This document shows, piece by piece, positions 22,790 to 30,850 of a DNA stretch of 64,000 nt. Source of the DNA: a virus. The stretch's first letter is position 1, and each line of letters opens with the position of its first letter. Position numbers and translations under genes: made by a program. The DNA lies in the IMG/VR virus record IMGVR_UViG_3300040801_004428, positions 1 to 64,000 of that record. One strand, given 5' to 3'. Under the pieces are notes generated by a model. It saw nothing but the letters and a program-made list of their open reading frames with translations, was not told the DNA's origin and searched no databases.

Positions 22790-23097
22790 TTTGAAGCTCC
22801 TTCTGTTAATCTAAGCACGGATTTTTTGTACATGGCGAGGAGTTCCTCCGTCAGGTCAGCAGCCTCTTCGGGTGTTAGCCGCTCCGCTGTTTTGTTATAA
22901 AGCTTATCCATGTAAGCCTTGTCTAGAGCGGCGCCCATGGTTGACAGGTCTCTCCCATTTTCCTGCAACCCAGTTTCTGGACTACATTCCATGAGAACCA
23001 ACCCATCGAGAGCTTCAATCGCTTGGCGTAGACCTTCAGCTACTTTGGTAGGACCCATTTCAATCGCTTCTTTGATAAATTTGTCTCTATCATACAT
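22729..23097 (-). CDS. hypothetical protein
   Basis: ATG at 23097 (MYDRDKFIKEAIE..). Its leader matches that of the CDS at 90. The 3' end overlaps the next gene by about 60 nt. Confidence 0.55.
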   Translation of the reverse strand: MYDRDKFIKEAIEMGPTKVAEGLRQAIEALDGLVLMECSPETGLQENGRDLSTMGAALDKAYMDKLYNKTAERLTPEEAADLTEELLAMYKKSVLRLTEGASKWLAIPQSRVMSTLGYHDVD

Positions 23098-23800
23098 AGT
23101 GTGGTACCTCGTTTGTTTTTTCAAACTCAATTAGGAGTTTTTCCACATAGGTGTCGAATCTCCTCTTGTCGTAGTATGCAGCAAGTGAGTGCTCAAACGC
23201 ACCGTTGGTCTCATTTTCAATTGCCTCCAACATTTTTTGCGCAACTTGGCGGATTTCAACCTGCGCGTGGGGAGAATTCCGCAAATTGCAAAAATGCATA
23301 AATGAGCGGAAATTAAACGAAACATCTAGAGTTATCATGGAATTATAACCTAGGTAGTACCGGCACGCTTCTTTAGCACGCTTACGGCCTAACTCCAACT
23401 CTGTGTTGTTAATACACTTGTGGTACTGTTCAACTCCCATTACGCCCGCGGTGGCTAGGACCATCTCCTCGTAGCCTTCAAAATCTGCAGGGGTGTAGAT
23501 GTAGTTGTCCTTGATTTCTTTGTACCGCGCGGATTCGCCATTAACCGAGACGCCAATCCTATGTTTTAGTAGATGTATATGGGTAGCCTGATCCACCTTG
23601 ATTAAGAATTGCAAGTATGATTTCTCAAACGGGGTGTGATGCCCATGTAGCATCAACATCCTCAAAAATGCTGGAATCCGCGCGCGTTTTTTCTCCGTTA
23701 GTTCTCGCGACGTGGATGTCCAACCACTACACGCGTGGGATTCATCCCCACCGGCATAGCGGATTAATTCAACATCCTGTGATCTTTTCTCGTACATCAT
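23090..23800 (-). CDS. thyX: FAD-dependent thymidylate synthase ThyX
   Basis: ThyX signature ..LLKHRIGVSVNGESARY.. (RHR..S....S.R type). Start taken at the ATG that overlaps the helicase stop (ATGA). Confidence 0.85.
   Translation of the reverse strand: MMYEKRSQDVELIRYAGGDESHACSGWTSTSRELTEKKRARIPAFLRMLMLHGHHTPFEKSYLQFLIKVDQATHIHLLKHRIGVSVNGESARYKEIKDNYIYTPADFEGYEEMVLATAGVMGVEQYHKCINNTELELGRKRAKEACRYYLGYNSMITLDVSFNFRSFMHFCNLRNSPHAQVEIRQVAQKMLEAIENETNGAFEHSLAAYYDKRRFDTYVEKLLIEFEKTNEVPHYV
23103..23150 (-). promoter_or_regulatory. A-tract leader element (copy n)
   Basis: Minus strand reads ..GGAAAAACTCCTAATTGAGTTTGAAAAAACAAACGAGGTACC.., inside the 3' end of thyX. Confidence 0.4.
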
Positions 23801-25413
23801 AGTGAGTATTCCTTGCTCAAAATTGCTTGGACCGCAGGTGTAAGGTCTTGACTCCTCAATTGAGGTTTCAACCCCATGAATCGCTGCGCATGTGGAGAGT
23901 TCCACCCATCGTGTGATTTACTGCTCGGTCCTAGGTCCATTTTACCATGGAAGTCAGCACACTGCGTACGCATTGCCTCGACGAATTTCTGCCTCGACAT
24001 GCATGTGGCCCCCGGATTGTTGTCCACCAACCATGCGCGGTACGTCTCGTATACTGTACGTACAGTGGGATTTTGATACGGATCGTTGGGGTCATACAAC
24101 TTGTCGGGGATAACATCCCAGAGGGAGTCAACAAACAGGGCGATGTTACTCGATTGGCCTGTAACCTCGAGTGCGAATGCATTAAAGGTTAGAGTGTCCT
24201 TTGCGTCTCGGAACACCCCGGAGGCTTCCTCCACTGAAGAGAATTGACTCAACAGGTAGCCAATAATCTGAGGAGTTTCTTCCTCAAGTTTGGTTCCCAT
24301 ATTAAAGTCTTTCTTCCCAGTGATGGGTGGTACCACGATGACTAAGGCCCTCCGGTTGAGTCCCGAATCAGTGGGTGGTAACACCGCAGTGTTTGAAGCC
24401 ATGATGATCATTGCCCTACAGCGGAATGAATACGGCGTGCGGGCATACGCCACCCGGCCGGTTATTTCATCCGCTGTCGCCATTTTGAGCAGAATGCCGC
24501 CATGTTTCGACACGACGAGGGGTTCTCTCTCATCGGGGAATACCACCAGTGAGGATGATCTAATCGGGTAGATTGAACTCGCGTCTGTTAGCTCCTTAAT
24601 TGTCAGGGTGCTGGTTCTGGTCTGCCCCGCAATGCTATTTAGACAATCAATGTATGTTGATTTCCCCGTTCCTCCTTGTGAGGAGTATAGATGCAAAATT
24701 GATGTCTGCTGCGATCTATGACGCCCTGACATTGATATCAGCGCCGCTGCGAGGAGTACTCGCTTGACTTCGGGCTTACCTCCGGAGAGGTTATCAATCA
24801 TTTGGAGGAAGTTAACTGGCGGGTTTTCCTCACTAGGTGGGACATAATCATGCTTGATTTTGGAAATCAGGTGCCAGTCCTTCTCGTGGGGGACTAGCTC
24901 CTTTGTGGAGAATACATACACTCCGTTATTGAACGGAATGTAACCTTTACTAAGGTCGTATTTCTCCCTGATTGATTTCTCCGGGTTGGGGTAGAACTTC
25001 CTAGCTCCGTTGTAACAGGCGATCTTAGTCACAAGGTGTTCTAATTGGCGGGAAGTTAGTGACTGTAGGTCGTCGAACGACTGGCCTTGTAACTGAGCGT
25101 GTAGGATACTTGCTTTTATTTTGAATTCATCGTATGGAACGTCTTCCCAAGTTCCATAAGCAGCATCAGAATCATCACCGGCATCAGAAGGATCCCTAAA
25201 GTTATAAACAGTAAACTCTTTCCCGTCTCTAGGAAAGCATCCAGCCTGGGCGATTGTGACTGCGGTTCTCGTGATAGGGGAGAATTGTTCCCCGTCTGCC
25301 GGTTTGAGTTCTCCGAGTTGAGAGGGATTAAGCTCAATTCCTCCTCCTCCTTCTCCTCGATTTCGGTAGTCTCCTGTAATGTTGGCAAGAATATCTGATA
25401 GTCCAGACTCCAT
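23797..25413 (-). CDS. SF3 (D5/P4-type) replicative helicase
   Basis: Walker A SSQGGTGKST, Walker B LVVFPDERE, motif C IIMASNTA. GAGGA lies 7 nt before the ATG. Confidence 0.75.
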   Translation of the reverse strand: MESGLSDILANITGDYRNRGEGGGGIELNPSQLGELKPADGEQFSPITRTAVTIAQAGCFPRDGKEFTVYNFRDPSDAGDDSDAAYGTWEDVPYDEFKIKASILHAQLQGQSFDDLQSLTSRQLEHLVTKIACYNGARKFYPNPEKSIREKYDLSKGYIPFNNGVYVFSTKELVPHEKDWHLISKIKHDYVPPSEENPPVNFLQMIDNLSGGKPEVKRVLLAAALISMSGRHRSQQTSILHLYSSQGGTGKSTYIDCLNSIAGQTRTSTLTIKELTDASSIYPIRSSSLVVFPDEREPLVVSKHGGILLKMATADEITGRVAYARTPYSFRCRAMIIMASNTAVLPPTDSGLNRRALVIVVPPITGKKDFNMGTKLEEETPQIIGYLLSQFSSVEEASGVFRDAKDTLTFNAFALEVTGQSSNIALFVDSLWDVIPDKLYDPNDPYQNPTVRTVYETYRAWLVDNNPGATCMSRQKFVEAMRTQCADFHGKMDLGPSSKSHDGWNSPHAQRFMGLKPQLRSQDLTPAVQAILSKEYSL

Positions 25414-25652
25414 AGGTAGTCCTCAGTAAGGGTTAGTGAGCTAATTTGACCTTCTTGTTCCATGACAACTAATGTGGTCGGCATTTCGTTGTTTGGGAGA
25501 TTTGTTTGTAGGATATGCTCAACGTATGGGCCTTTTGTAAAGCCCGTTGGTTGGAGCATAATTGCCGCGTCGTCGATTAGAATAAATTCCATAGGTACGT
25601 CTTTCATTAGATACACGTATACCACTGGAATTGCAATTTGTTCTTCAATCAT
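25116..25652 (-). CDS. hypothetical protein; 3' 300 nt overlaps the helicase gene out of frame
   Basis: The ATG at 25652 overlaps the stop of the ThyA-like gene (ATGA). The first ~80 codons fill the 25414..25652 gap. The rest is an alternative frame of the helicase N-terminus (acidic run plus a hydrophobic segment). Confidence 0.4.
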   Translation of the reverse strand: MIEEQIAIPVVYVYLMKDVPMEFILIDDAAIMLQPTGFTKGPYVEHILQTNLPNNEMPTTLVVMEQEGQISSLTLTEDYLWSLDYQIFLPTLQETTEIEEKEEEELSLIPLNSENSNRQTGNNSPLSREPQSQSPRLDAFLETGKSLLFITLGILLMPVMILMLLMELGKTFHTMNSK

Positions 25653-26491
25653 GTTATGGGTTTGAACCTCTCTTTTGGTAGGTCTAGTTTGTAATAGTTC
25701 CCCACGTTGAAGTGCCTCGGCTTGAGCGCGAGCATATCTTCAAAGCTTTGCAATGGGGGAATTACCACATTCTCGTGGGATGGGTATTCGAGTGTTGGAA
25801 ACTCCTTAGATTGTATTACCTTGTGTGCGTACTTCGAATGCGGTTGGTACACATGTGAATTGGAAACAGTCCAGTGTAGCTTCCAAGGTTTTACTTCTAA
25901 CAATTTAGAAAACATTTGAAGCAATGCCCAATAGCGGATTACATCACCCGGGAATCCCACGATCAAGTCTTGCGACCTACCGACTACGTGCAACTCCAAC
26001 CAATTGCTCTTAGTCGCGTGGAATATCAACGTCGGGTGGCAAGGCGGGACGCGGTCGATACCCAAATCCGATGGGCCCGGCTGATTGGTGGGATCAAACA
26101 GTTGGATGACTGCCCGTCGGGTGAGTATATTCTCTTTGAGTAGTACATAAGTATTGTAGAGCTGATCTACCTGTCCAGCGAAGTTTCGAAAGCTCGCTCC
26201 GTAGGTGTTTGGCAACGACCCGTCGCGATTAGCCCAAGTTTGCCACAAATACGAGGCTTTACCCAACTTATTTACATTCGTATTCCCATTGAGGTCCCAC
26301 ATCAATTCTTGCAAATAATGTTTGACCGGATGGCGACGGTCCGTCAAATATGGGGCCGGTTCCCCATACTCCCAAACAGTAACGGTTGGTTGAAACGTAG
26401 CTTTTGTAGAAGCACCTCTGGAGAAGATAGTCGTGCCTGTAAGGAGAGCCCTAGTAAGCATCTCCTTATATATTTCCATTATTGGTTGCAT
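25649..26491 (-). CDS. ThyA-fold pyrimidine C5 (hydroxy)methylase, predicted dCMP-specific
   Basis: ThyA landmarks ELMWDLNGNTN, RRAVIQLFDP, PPCH (catalytic Cys), GRSQDLIVGFPGD and SNSHVY. Asp replaces the Asn177 equivalent. Confidence 0.7.
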   Translation of the reverse strand: MQPIMEIYKEMLTRALLTGTTIFSRGASTKATFQPTVTVWEYGEPAPYLTDRRHPVKHYLQELMWDLNGNTNVNKLGKASYLWQTWANRDGSLPNTYGASFRNFAGQVDQLYNTYVLLKENILTRRAVIQLFDPTNQPGPSDLGIDRVPPCHPTLIFHATKSNWLELHVVGRSQDLIVGFPGDVIRYWALLQMFSKLLEVKPWKLHWTVSNSHVYQPHSKYAHKVIQSKEFPTLEYPSHENVVIPPLQSFEDMLALKPRHFNVGNYYKLDLPKERFKPIT

Positions 26492-26495
26492 ATTT

Positions 26496-26525
26496 CCTCC
26501 TTAGTTTTTTTCAATCACGTACAGC
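26496..26525 (-). promoter_or_regulatory. TGTACGTGA-A7 upstream element (copy c)
   Basis: Minus strand reads GC-TGTACG-TG-ATTGAAAAAAA-CTAAGGAGG...ATG(26491). Confidence 0.5.
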
Positions 26526-29291
26526 TTAGTAGGAGAACAACTCCTCCGGTTGTAGGGACTCAGATACAATTTGTCCCTCCCAACTAGGGGTTTTAATACT
26601 CCCTCCTTCTTTTGCAAATCGATCCATGATTTCAATAGATTCTGGAAATGCCAGCACGGTTGGTATTTCAAACACCAACCCTAGCGCTTCGATTAACATC
26701 GCCCATGAGAGTAAGTGCGCGACTGCTGCATTTTGAGCGACTTTATACGCATCAGATTTTGCCACCAACCAACCGTATTCATCATGGTAGGGGATCAAGA
26801 ACTTTGCGTCGAGACCCATATGGTTGTTGAAATAATCTGTGAGGGTAATCATTGTGTGCATAAAATCCGCACCGGATCCTTGAATAAAGGCGTTAAATCG
26901 CGATGTTAGTTCTGCATTTGGGCGAGGCAAGTATCTCGTCTGAATTGGCAGGGGTAGTCTAACCCCCAGCAATGGAGTTGCGGGCGTTGGATCTTCCATC
27001 AGGGATAGAACCCCATTAAAGAATTCAGTATGAGTTCCTGACTGCTCCTCGTAGTAGCTAGAACGCAGCTTCTTAGTCCCCCTCATGTATTGTAAGGTCT
27101 CTACAGCGGCAGATTTTGCAAGAGCTTGGTCTGGAATGTGTGCTGCCATTTCTTTCCAGATGGTTTTCGTGGCGGCGGTAACCCCACAGAAGTAGTTTAA
27201 CGCATAGTTGAGCTGCTTCCCGCTGTCACGAGAGTAGTTTGGTAGACCAATCAACGCTCCCAACTTCCGAGCGGTGTTACTATGCGCGTCGGTTTTGTCA
27301 TGTTTGTTACCTGCAAATTGCATGTAGCCAAACGGCGTTATGCCTAGCACTGGAATTGTTGCAAACTTTGAGGCAATTAGCGCAGCAATGAATGCCTCCT
27401 GTGCTGTTACGTCAAAACATACGATTCTCTGCTCTTCGGGTGGAGCAATAAGCATGAGTCGAACTTCATTCCCGATCTTCTTGTCATTTGGGCCCGGAGA
27501 TGGGACCGTTGATAAGACAGGTGATCCAGCCCGGCCTGTGATTGTTTGGTGCGGGACATGGTCGGTTACAATCTTTCCGTTGTAGATGATAGTTCCGTCA
27601 ATCCGGCCGCGCATCGAAGTCCAATAACAGACTTTAATTGCCAGGTCTAGTAGCTCCTGACCTTGTGCAATTTGAGACTTGATAGCCCCGGTCTCGAAGA
27701 ACTCAACGTAGGATTGGTTCAACACTCCTCCTACATTAGCACCAAGGTTCTTCATATGAGGGATTTTAATAACCTCACCTGTGTCATCAACAATGTGGTA
27801 CTTAACCTCCGAGTTGTATAACACCGGATAGTCTTTATACGTCAATCGGGCTAACACATGCGCGAGTTGTGTCTTCGCACCGTAGGCGTCTTTCTTATCT
27901 GCGGTGATATACCAACGGGGTTTACCATAAAGTTCGGGATACTGCGGTACTTTGTATGTCCGCTTGGCGATGATTGGTTTGCCCGTGCGTGGGCTTGGTT
28001 CTTTCTCCCACTTGCCGGGAGTTGCCGCGCACCGGATTTCGTAATTCTTCAGTTTGGTGTTCATTGACCAATCGAGTTGCGACAACCAAGGGTCTGATTC
28101 AGGATCAACGTCCCCACTGAGAAATGCTTTGTACACATTCTTTGCCTCGGCTTTGATGATTTCTTCGAATTGGTGGTTTGCTTCGTGGTAGAGTTTCTCA
28201 CATTTGTGATACCACTCAATGATGTTATCGTCCGCTTTGACTGAGTTGAACGATACTGCTAACATCCCATAGAGGGAGATCATATTGTCTTGCCCAATCT
28301 GCTCGAAGTACTTCATAAGCAAGATTTGGGTGAGTGGGATTAGATCCGCCGCGTCTTGTAGCGAGTATTTGATAATCTCCGCAAAGTGGTCTAACATCTC
28401 ATTGATGTTGCACTTCACGAAATATTCTCGCGTATCTTTAGCATCCTTAGTTCGATTGACCCTATCCGCCAGATGATGCTCTAACAATGAGATTAAGTCC
28501 CCCCGGCAGCCATGCTTAGGCTTGTTGGGGGATTTCATTTGGTTGGAGGTCATTCCCGAAACTTTCTGGTGAAGGGAGAAGGTATCAATGACGAGAATGT
28601 CACACTTGTCTTGGTAGAATTCCTCAGTGCGGATGACGTCAAATCTTGCGTTGTGGGCGATTAGGATCTTGACATGTGGTCCGATGGGTAGTAGTTTAGG
28701 CTGGTAGGGTTCATCAGGTTGGAACCATACCTCATGGAGGTGGATGTACAACTCACCGGTGGCAGTTGCGGCGGTTCCGATAATCGGTGTGTTTGCCATT
28801 GGAAATTCGGATCCCAAGACGTAGGTTTCAGTATCGTAGAAGAGTACTGATTCGGTGGGGTACTCCACTCGGATTGGAGAGCCTAATTTGTCAAGTTTGT
28901 ACCAACCTTCTCCGTCAAACTCATCGATGGAGTATGAGCCCTTGATTTTGTACTTCGGAGTTGGAGGTATCAACGTCGAGAGTAGGCGAATTCGTTTGAG
29001 GTTATCTTCTCCGATTAGTTTACGCGCGGCGGTGTTGGCCCGCTCGCGGAGAGTACTCCCTTGGGGGAGACCTTTAATGATGGTGTCAACCTTATCGATT
29101 AGACTATCAGAAAAAGGTTCTCCAGGCTCGGGTAGTACATCAGTACCAATTTGCTCATTCCATCGTTGCTTAGCATTAGCCACCATCGTCTTAGTAAATT
29201 CAGACATGGCGGGTGGCTCGTACTCGGGTGCAATAGCACGCAGCACTTTGGGGTCTACTGCTGGGTAGCCCATCAATGTTTTATTACTCAT
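26526..29291 (-). CDS. family A DNA polymerase with 3'-5' exonuclease domain
   Basis: Exo motifs FYDTETY and HNARFDV. Pol motif A FDVTAQEAFIAA, motif B RDSGKQLNYALNYFCG, motif C PYHDEYGW. Confidence 0.85.
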   Translation of the reverse strand: MSNKTLMGYPAVDPKVLRAIAPEYEPPAMSEFTKTMVANAKQRWNEQIGTDVLPEPGEPFSDSLIDKVDTIIKGLPQGSTLRERANTAARKLIGEDNLKRIRLLSTLIPPTPKYKIKGSYSIDEFDGEGWYKLDKLGSPIRVEYPTESVLFYDTETYVLGSEFPMANTPIIGTAATATGELYIHLHEVWFQPDEPYQPKLLPIGPHVKILIAHNARFDVIRTEEFYQDKCDILVIDTFSLHQKVSGMTSNQMKSPNKPKHGCRGDLISLLEHHLADRVNRTKDAKDTREYFVKCNINEMLDHFAEIIKYSLQDAADLIPLTQILLMKYFEQIGQDNMISLYGMLAVSFNSVKADDNIIEWYHKCEKLYHEANHQFEEIIKAEAKNVYKAFLSGDVDPESDPWLSQLDWSMNTKLKNYEIRCAATPGKWEKEPSPRTGKPIIAKRTYKVPQYPELYGKPRWYITADKKDAYGAKTQLAHVLARLTYKDYPVLYNSEVKYHIVDDTGEVIKIPHMKNLGANVGGVLNQSYVEFFETGAIKSQIAQGQELLDLAIKVCYWTSMRGRIDGTIIYNGKIVTDHVPHQTITGRAGSPVLSTVPSPGPNDKKIGNEVRLMLIAPPEEQRIVCFDVTAQEAFIAALIASKFATIPVLGITPFGYMQFAGNKHDKTDAHSNTARKLGALIGLPNYSRDSGKQLNYALNYFCGVTAATKTIWKEMAAHIPDQALAKSAAVETLQYMRGTKKLRSSYYEEQSGTHTEFFNGVLSLMEDPTPATPLLGVRLPLPIQTRYLPRPNAELTSRFNAFIQGSGADFMHTMITLTDYFNNHMGLDAKFLIPYHDEYGWLVAKSDAYKVAQNAAVAHLLSWAMLIEALGLVFEIPTVLAFPESIEIMDRFAKEGGSIKTPSWEGQIVSESLQPEELFSY

Positions 29292-29296
29292 CTTTA

Positions 29297-29332
29297 CCTC
29301 TTAGGTCTTTTTTCTATTATACCCTTTCACGC
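29297..29332 (-). promoter_or_regulatory. -10 box plus A-tract leader upstream of the polymerase gene
   Basis: Minus strand reads GCGTGAAAGGGTATAAT-AGAAAAAAGACCTAAGAGG...ATG(29291). Confidence 0.5.
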
Positions 29333-29345
29333 TCGCCAAAGCAAA

Positions 29346-29771
29346 TTACCACCTAAATGTGCGAAAGTTGGAATGGCGAAGCAAGGGTTTCCAGTCCTGC
29401 GCAACATAGTGGTCATATACCACTTGTAAGAAGCGGTAGAACTGACACTCCGAAACTTGCCGGCGGTTTAGCTCCTCTTGTTTGATTAAATCCTTGCAGA
29501 TCCAGTTCTCCAAGGAGACAATCTTCCCTTCGAAGGAGACTCCCATGAATGCCATAGTGGTGTGTTCTTTAACCTCATTGGCGAGAGTCACGGTGGCTAG
29601 GTCCACCTCAAGTTTGAAATTACCTTGGAAGATTATTTTCACCTTTAGTGAAGACTTAGCTTTTGGTTCAAAACTAATGTAGTTCAACCCTTTGAATACT
29701 TCCTCATAAGAAGGATGAGCATTCAATATGTTAGTTGTCTCCTCGACAATTACCCTCTGATCTAGTTTCAT
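29346..29771 (-). CDS. hypothetical protein
   Basis: 141-aa ORF with AGAGG before the ATG. Confidence 0.7.
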   Translation of the reverse strand: MKLDQRVIVEETTNILNAHPSYEEVFKGLNYISFEPKAKSSLKVKIIFQGNFKLEVDLATVTLANEVKEHTTMAFMGVSFEGKIVSLENWICKDLIKQEELNRRQVSECQFYRFLQVVYDHYVAQDWKPLLRHSNFRTFRW

Positions 29772-29776
29772 AAGTA

Positions 29777-29807
29777 CCTCTTAAGTTTTTTTCACGTATA
29801 ACATTGC
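29777..29807 (-). promoter_or_regulatory. TGn-N6-TG-A7 upstream element (copy b)
   Basis: Minus strand reads GCAATGT-TATACG-TG-AAAAAAA-CTTAAGAGG...ATG(29771). Confidence 0.55.
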
Positions 29808-29863
29808 GGCTGGAGTCTGCCTCCTCCGATTTGACCTCAATAGCCTCCTGTCGAATATTATCG

Positions 29864-30400
29864 TTAATAATCTTCAGTAGGCTGAGAGCCGTGCCGGTCA
29901 GCTTCTGGCTGTTGGCTACCAGGTAGTTGGTAGCTTGGGTCATTAATTGCATTCTTTACAATGTCCTCCACGAAGTGTTTGCAATTGTAGCGCACAAGAT
30001 GGTATCGCTTGTGTTTACCACTAACCATCTGGAGCGATTTGTACGTCATGTATTCCAGAATCTTCTGGTTTATCTCAGTGTTCCAAGCTAAACCTGGTAC
30101 TGGCAATACAGTATTTGGATCCCAGGGTTCGTAAGCTGGATGACAGAAGTAGTATCCAGCTGATAATTCGGGATCTTGTAGTTCAGGTCCTGTATAAAGT
30201 CCTAACAACAACGGCCCCGAACTTGTTCCGTGAATTAACACGAAGTAGTGCGGGACCGGTATGTAATAACCATCTGCTGTTTGGATTAGCCCTAATTTGT
30301 ACCACACTAGTGGTGTTTCATCAGGGCTTATCTTTGACTGACTTTCAGGACCCTTAGTGAGGATTTTTAACAAATCTTCATTCAGGATCTTTGGGATCAT
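29864..30400 (-). CDS. H-box/NC thiol hydrolase (LRAT/H-rev107-like, NlpC/P60 superfamily; PPPDE-like is the alternative)
   Basis: ..PHYFVLIHG.. (H-box) and ..YHLVRYNCKHFVEDIV.. (NC motif; compare NCEHFV). The ATG shares a base with the stop of the RHH gene. Confidence 0.5.
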   Translation of the reverse strand: MIPKILNEDLLKILTKGPESQSKISPDETPLVWYKLGLIQTADGYYIPVPHYFVLIHGTSSGPLLLGLYTGPELQDPELSAGYYFCHPAYEPWDPNTVLPVPGLAWNTEINQKILEYMTYKSLQMVSGKHKRYHLVRYNCKHFVEDIVKNAINDPSYQLPGSQQPEADRHGSQPTEDY

Positions 30401-30726
30401 TATTCTGCGGCAACCGCCTCCTTAACAGGTGCAACTGGCTCGAATTGTTGATCTACCGCGAATTGGTACAACTGCGTGGTAACATTATTCATCGGAAGAG
30501 AAAGATTCTGCGCAATGTCTTTAATCGCAGCTTTTACGTCCGTTGAAATTGTAACCGAGGTAGATTCCTCACCCAGTTCAGCCTCGGGGCTAACCGGTGC
30601 GCTGTTTTGTAGTGCATAGTTGAGCATCTGATCGAGATATTCTCGACGACTCATACTTGCTGCGTTTGCTTCAGCGTTGATTGTTTCGCGGTCTACTTTG
30701 ATTTGTACAGAAGCAGTATTAGCCAT
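30400..30726 (-). CDS. ribbon-helix-helix DNA-binding protein (two RHH-like units)
   Basis: ATG at 30726 (MANTASVQIKVDRETINAEANAASMSRREYLDQML..), with a second unit ..VTISTDVKAAIKDIAQNLSL.. . AAGGAG lies upstream. Confidence 0.45.
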   Translation of the reverse strand: MANTASVQIKVDRETINAEANAASMSRREYLDQMLNYALQNSAPVSPEAELGEESTSVTISTDVKAAIKDIAQNLSLPMNNVTTQLYQFAVDQQFEPVAPVKEAVAAE

Positions 30727-30735
30727 TATTTGTGT

Positions 30736-30770
30736 CTCCTTAAGACTTAGTTTTTTTCTTTGGTCGACCC
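30736..30770 (-). promoter_or_regulatory. A7 leader element (copy h)
   Basis: Minus strand reads GGTCGACCAAAGAAAAAAACTAAGTCTTAAGGAGAC. The leader is identical to copy e. Confidence 0.45.
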
Positions 30771-30850
30771 CCTTTGGGATATCTCCATTATATAAGTATA
30801 CGCACTCGGTTTGGGTAATATTATATGAATTACAGGAAAAATTTTTTCTC

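Noticed and set aside
29731-29952. 73-aa minus-strand ORF bridging the H-box/NC hydrolase gene and the 29346..29771 gene
   Set aside because: It overlaps the 3' end of one CDS and the 5' end of the next, and it reads through the TATACGTG-A7 upstream element as coding sequence. A GGAGGA lies 11 nt upstream, so it cannot be fully excluded, but I consider it unlikely.
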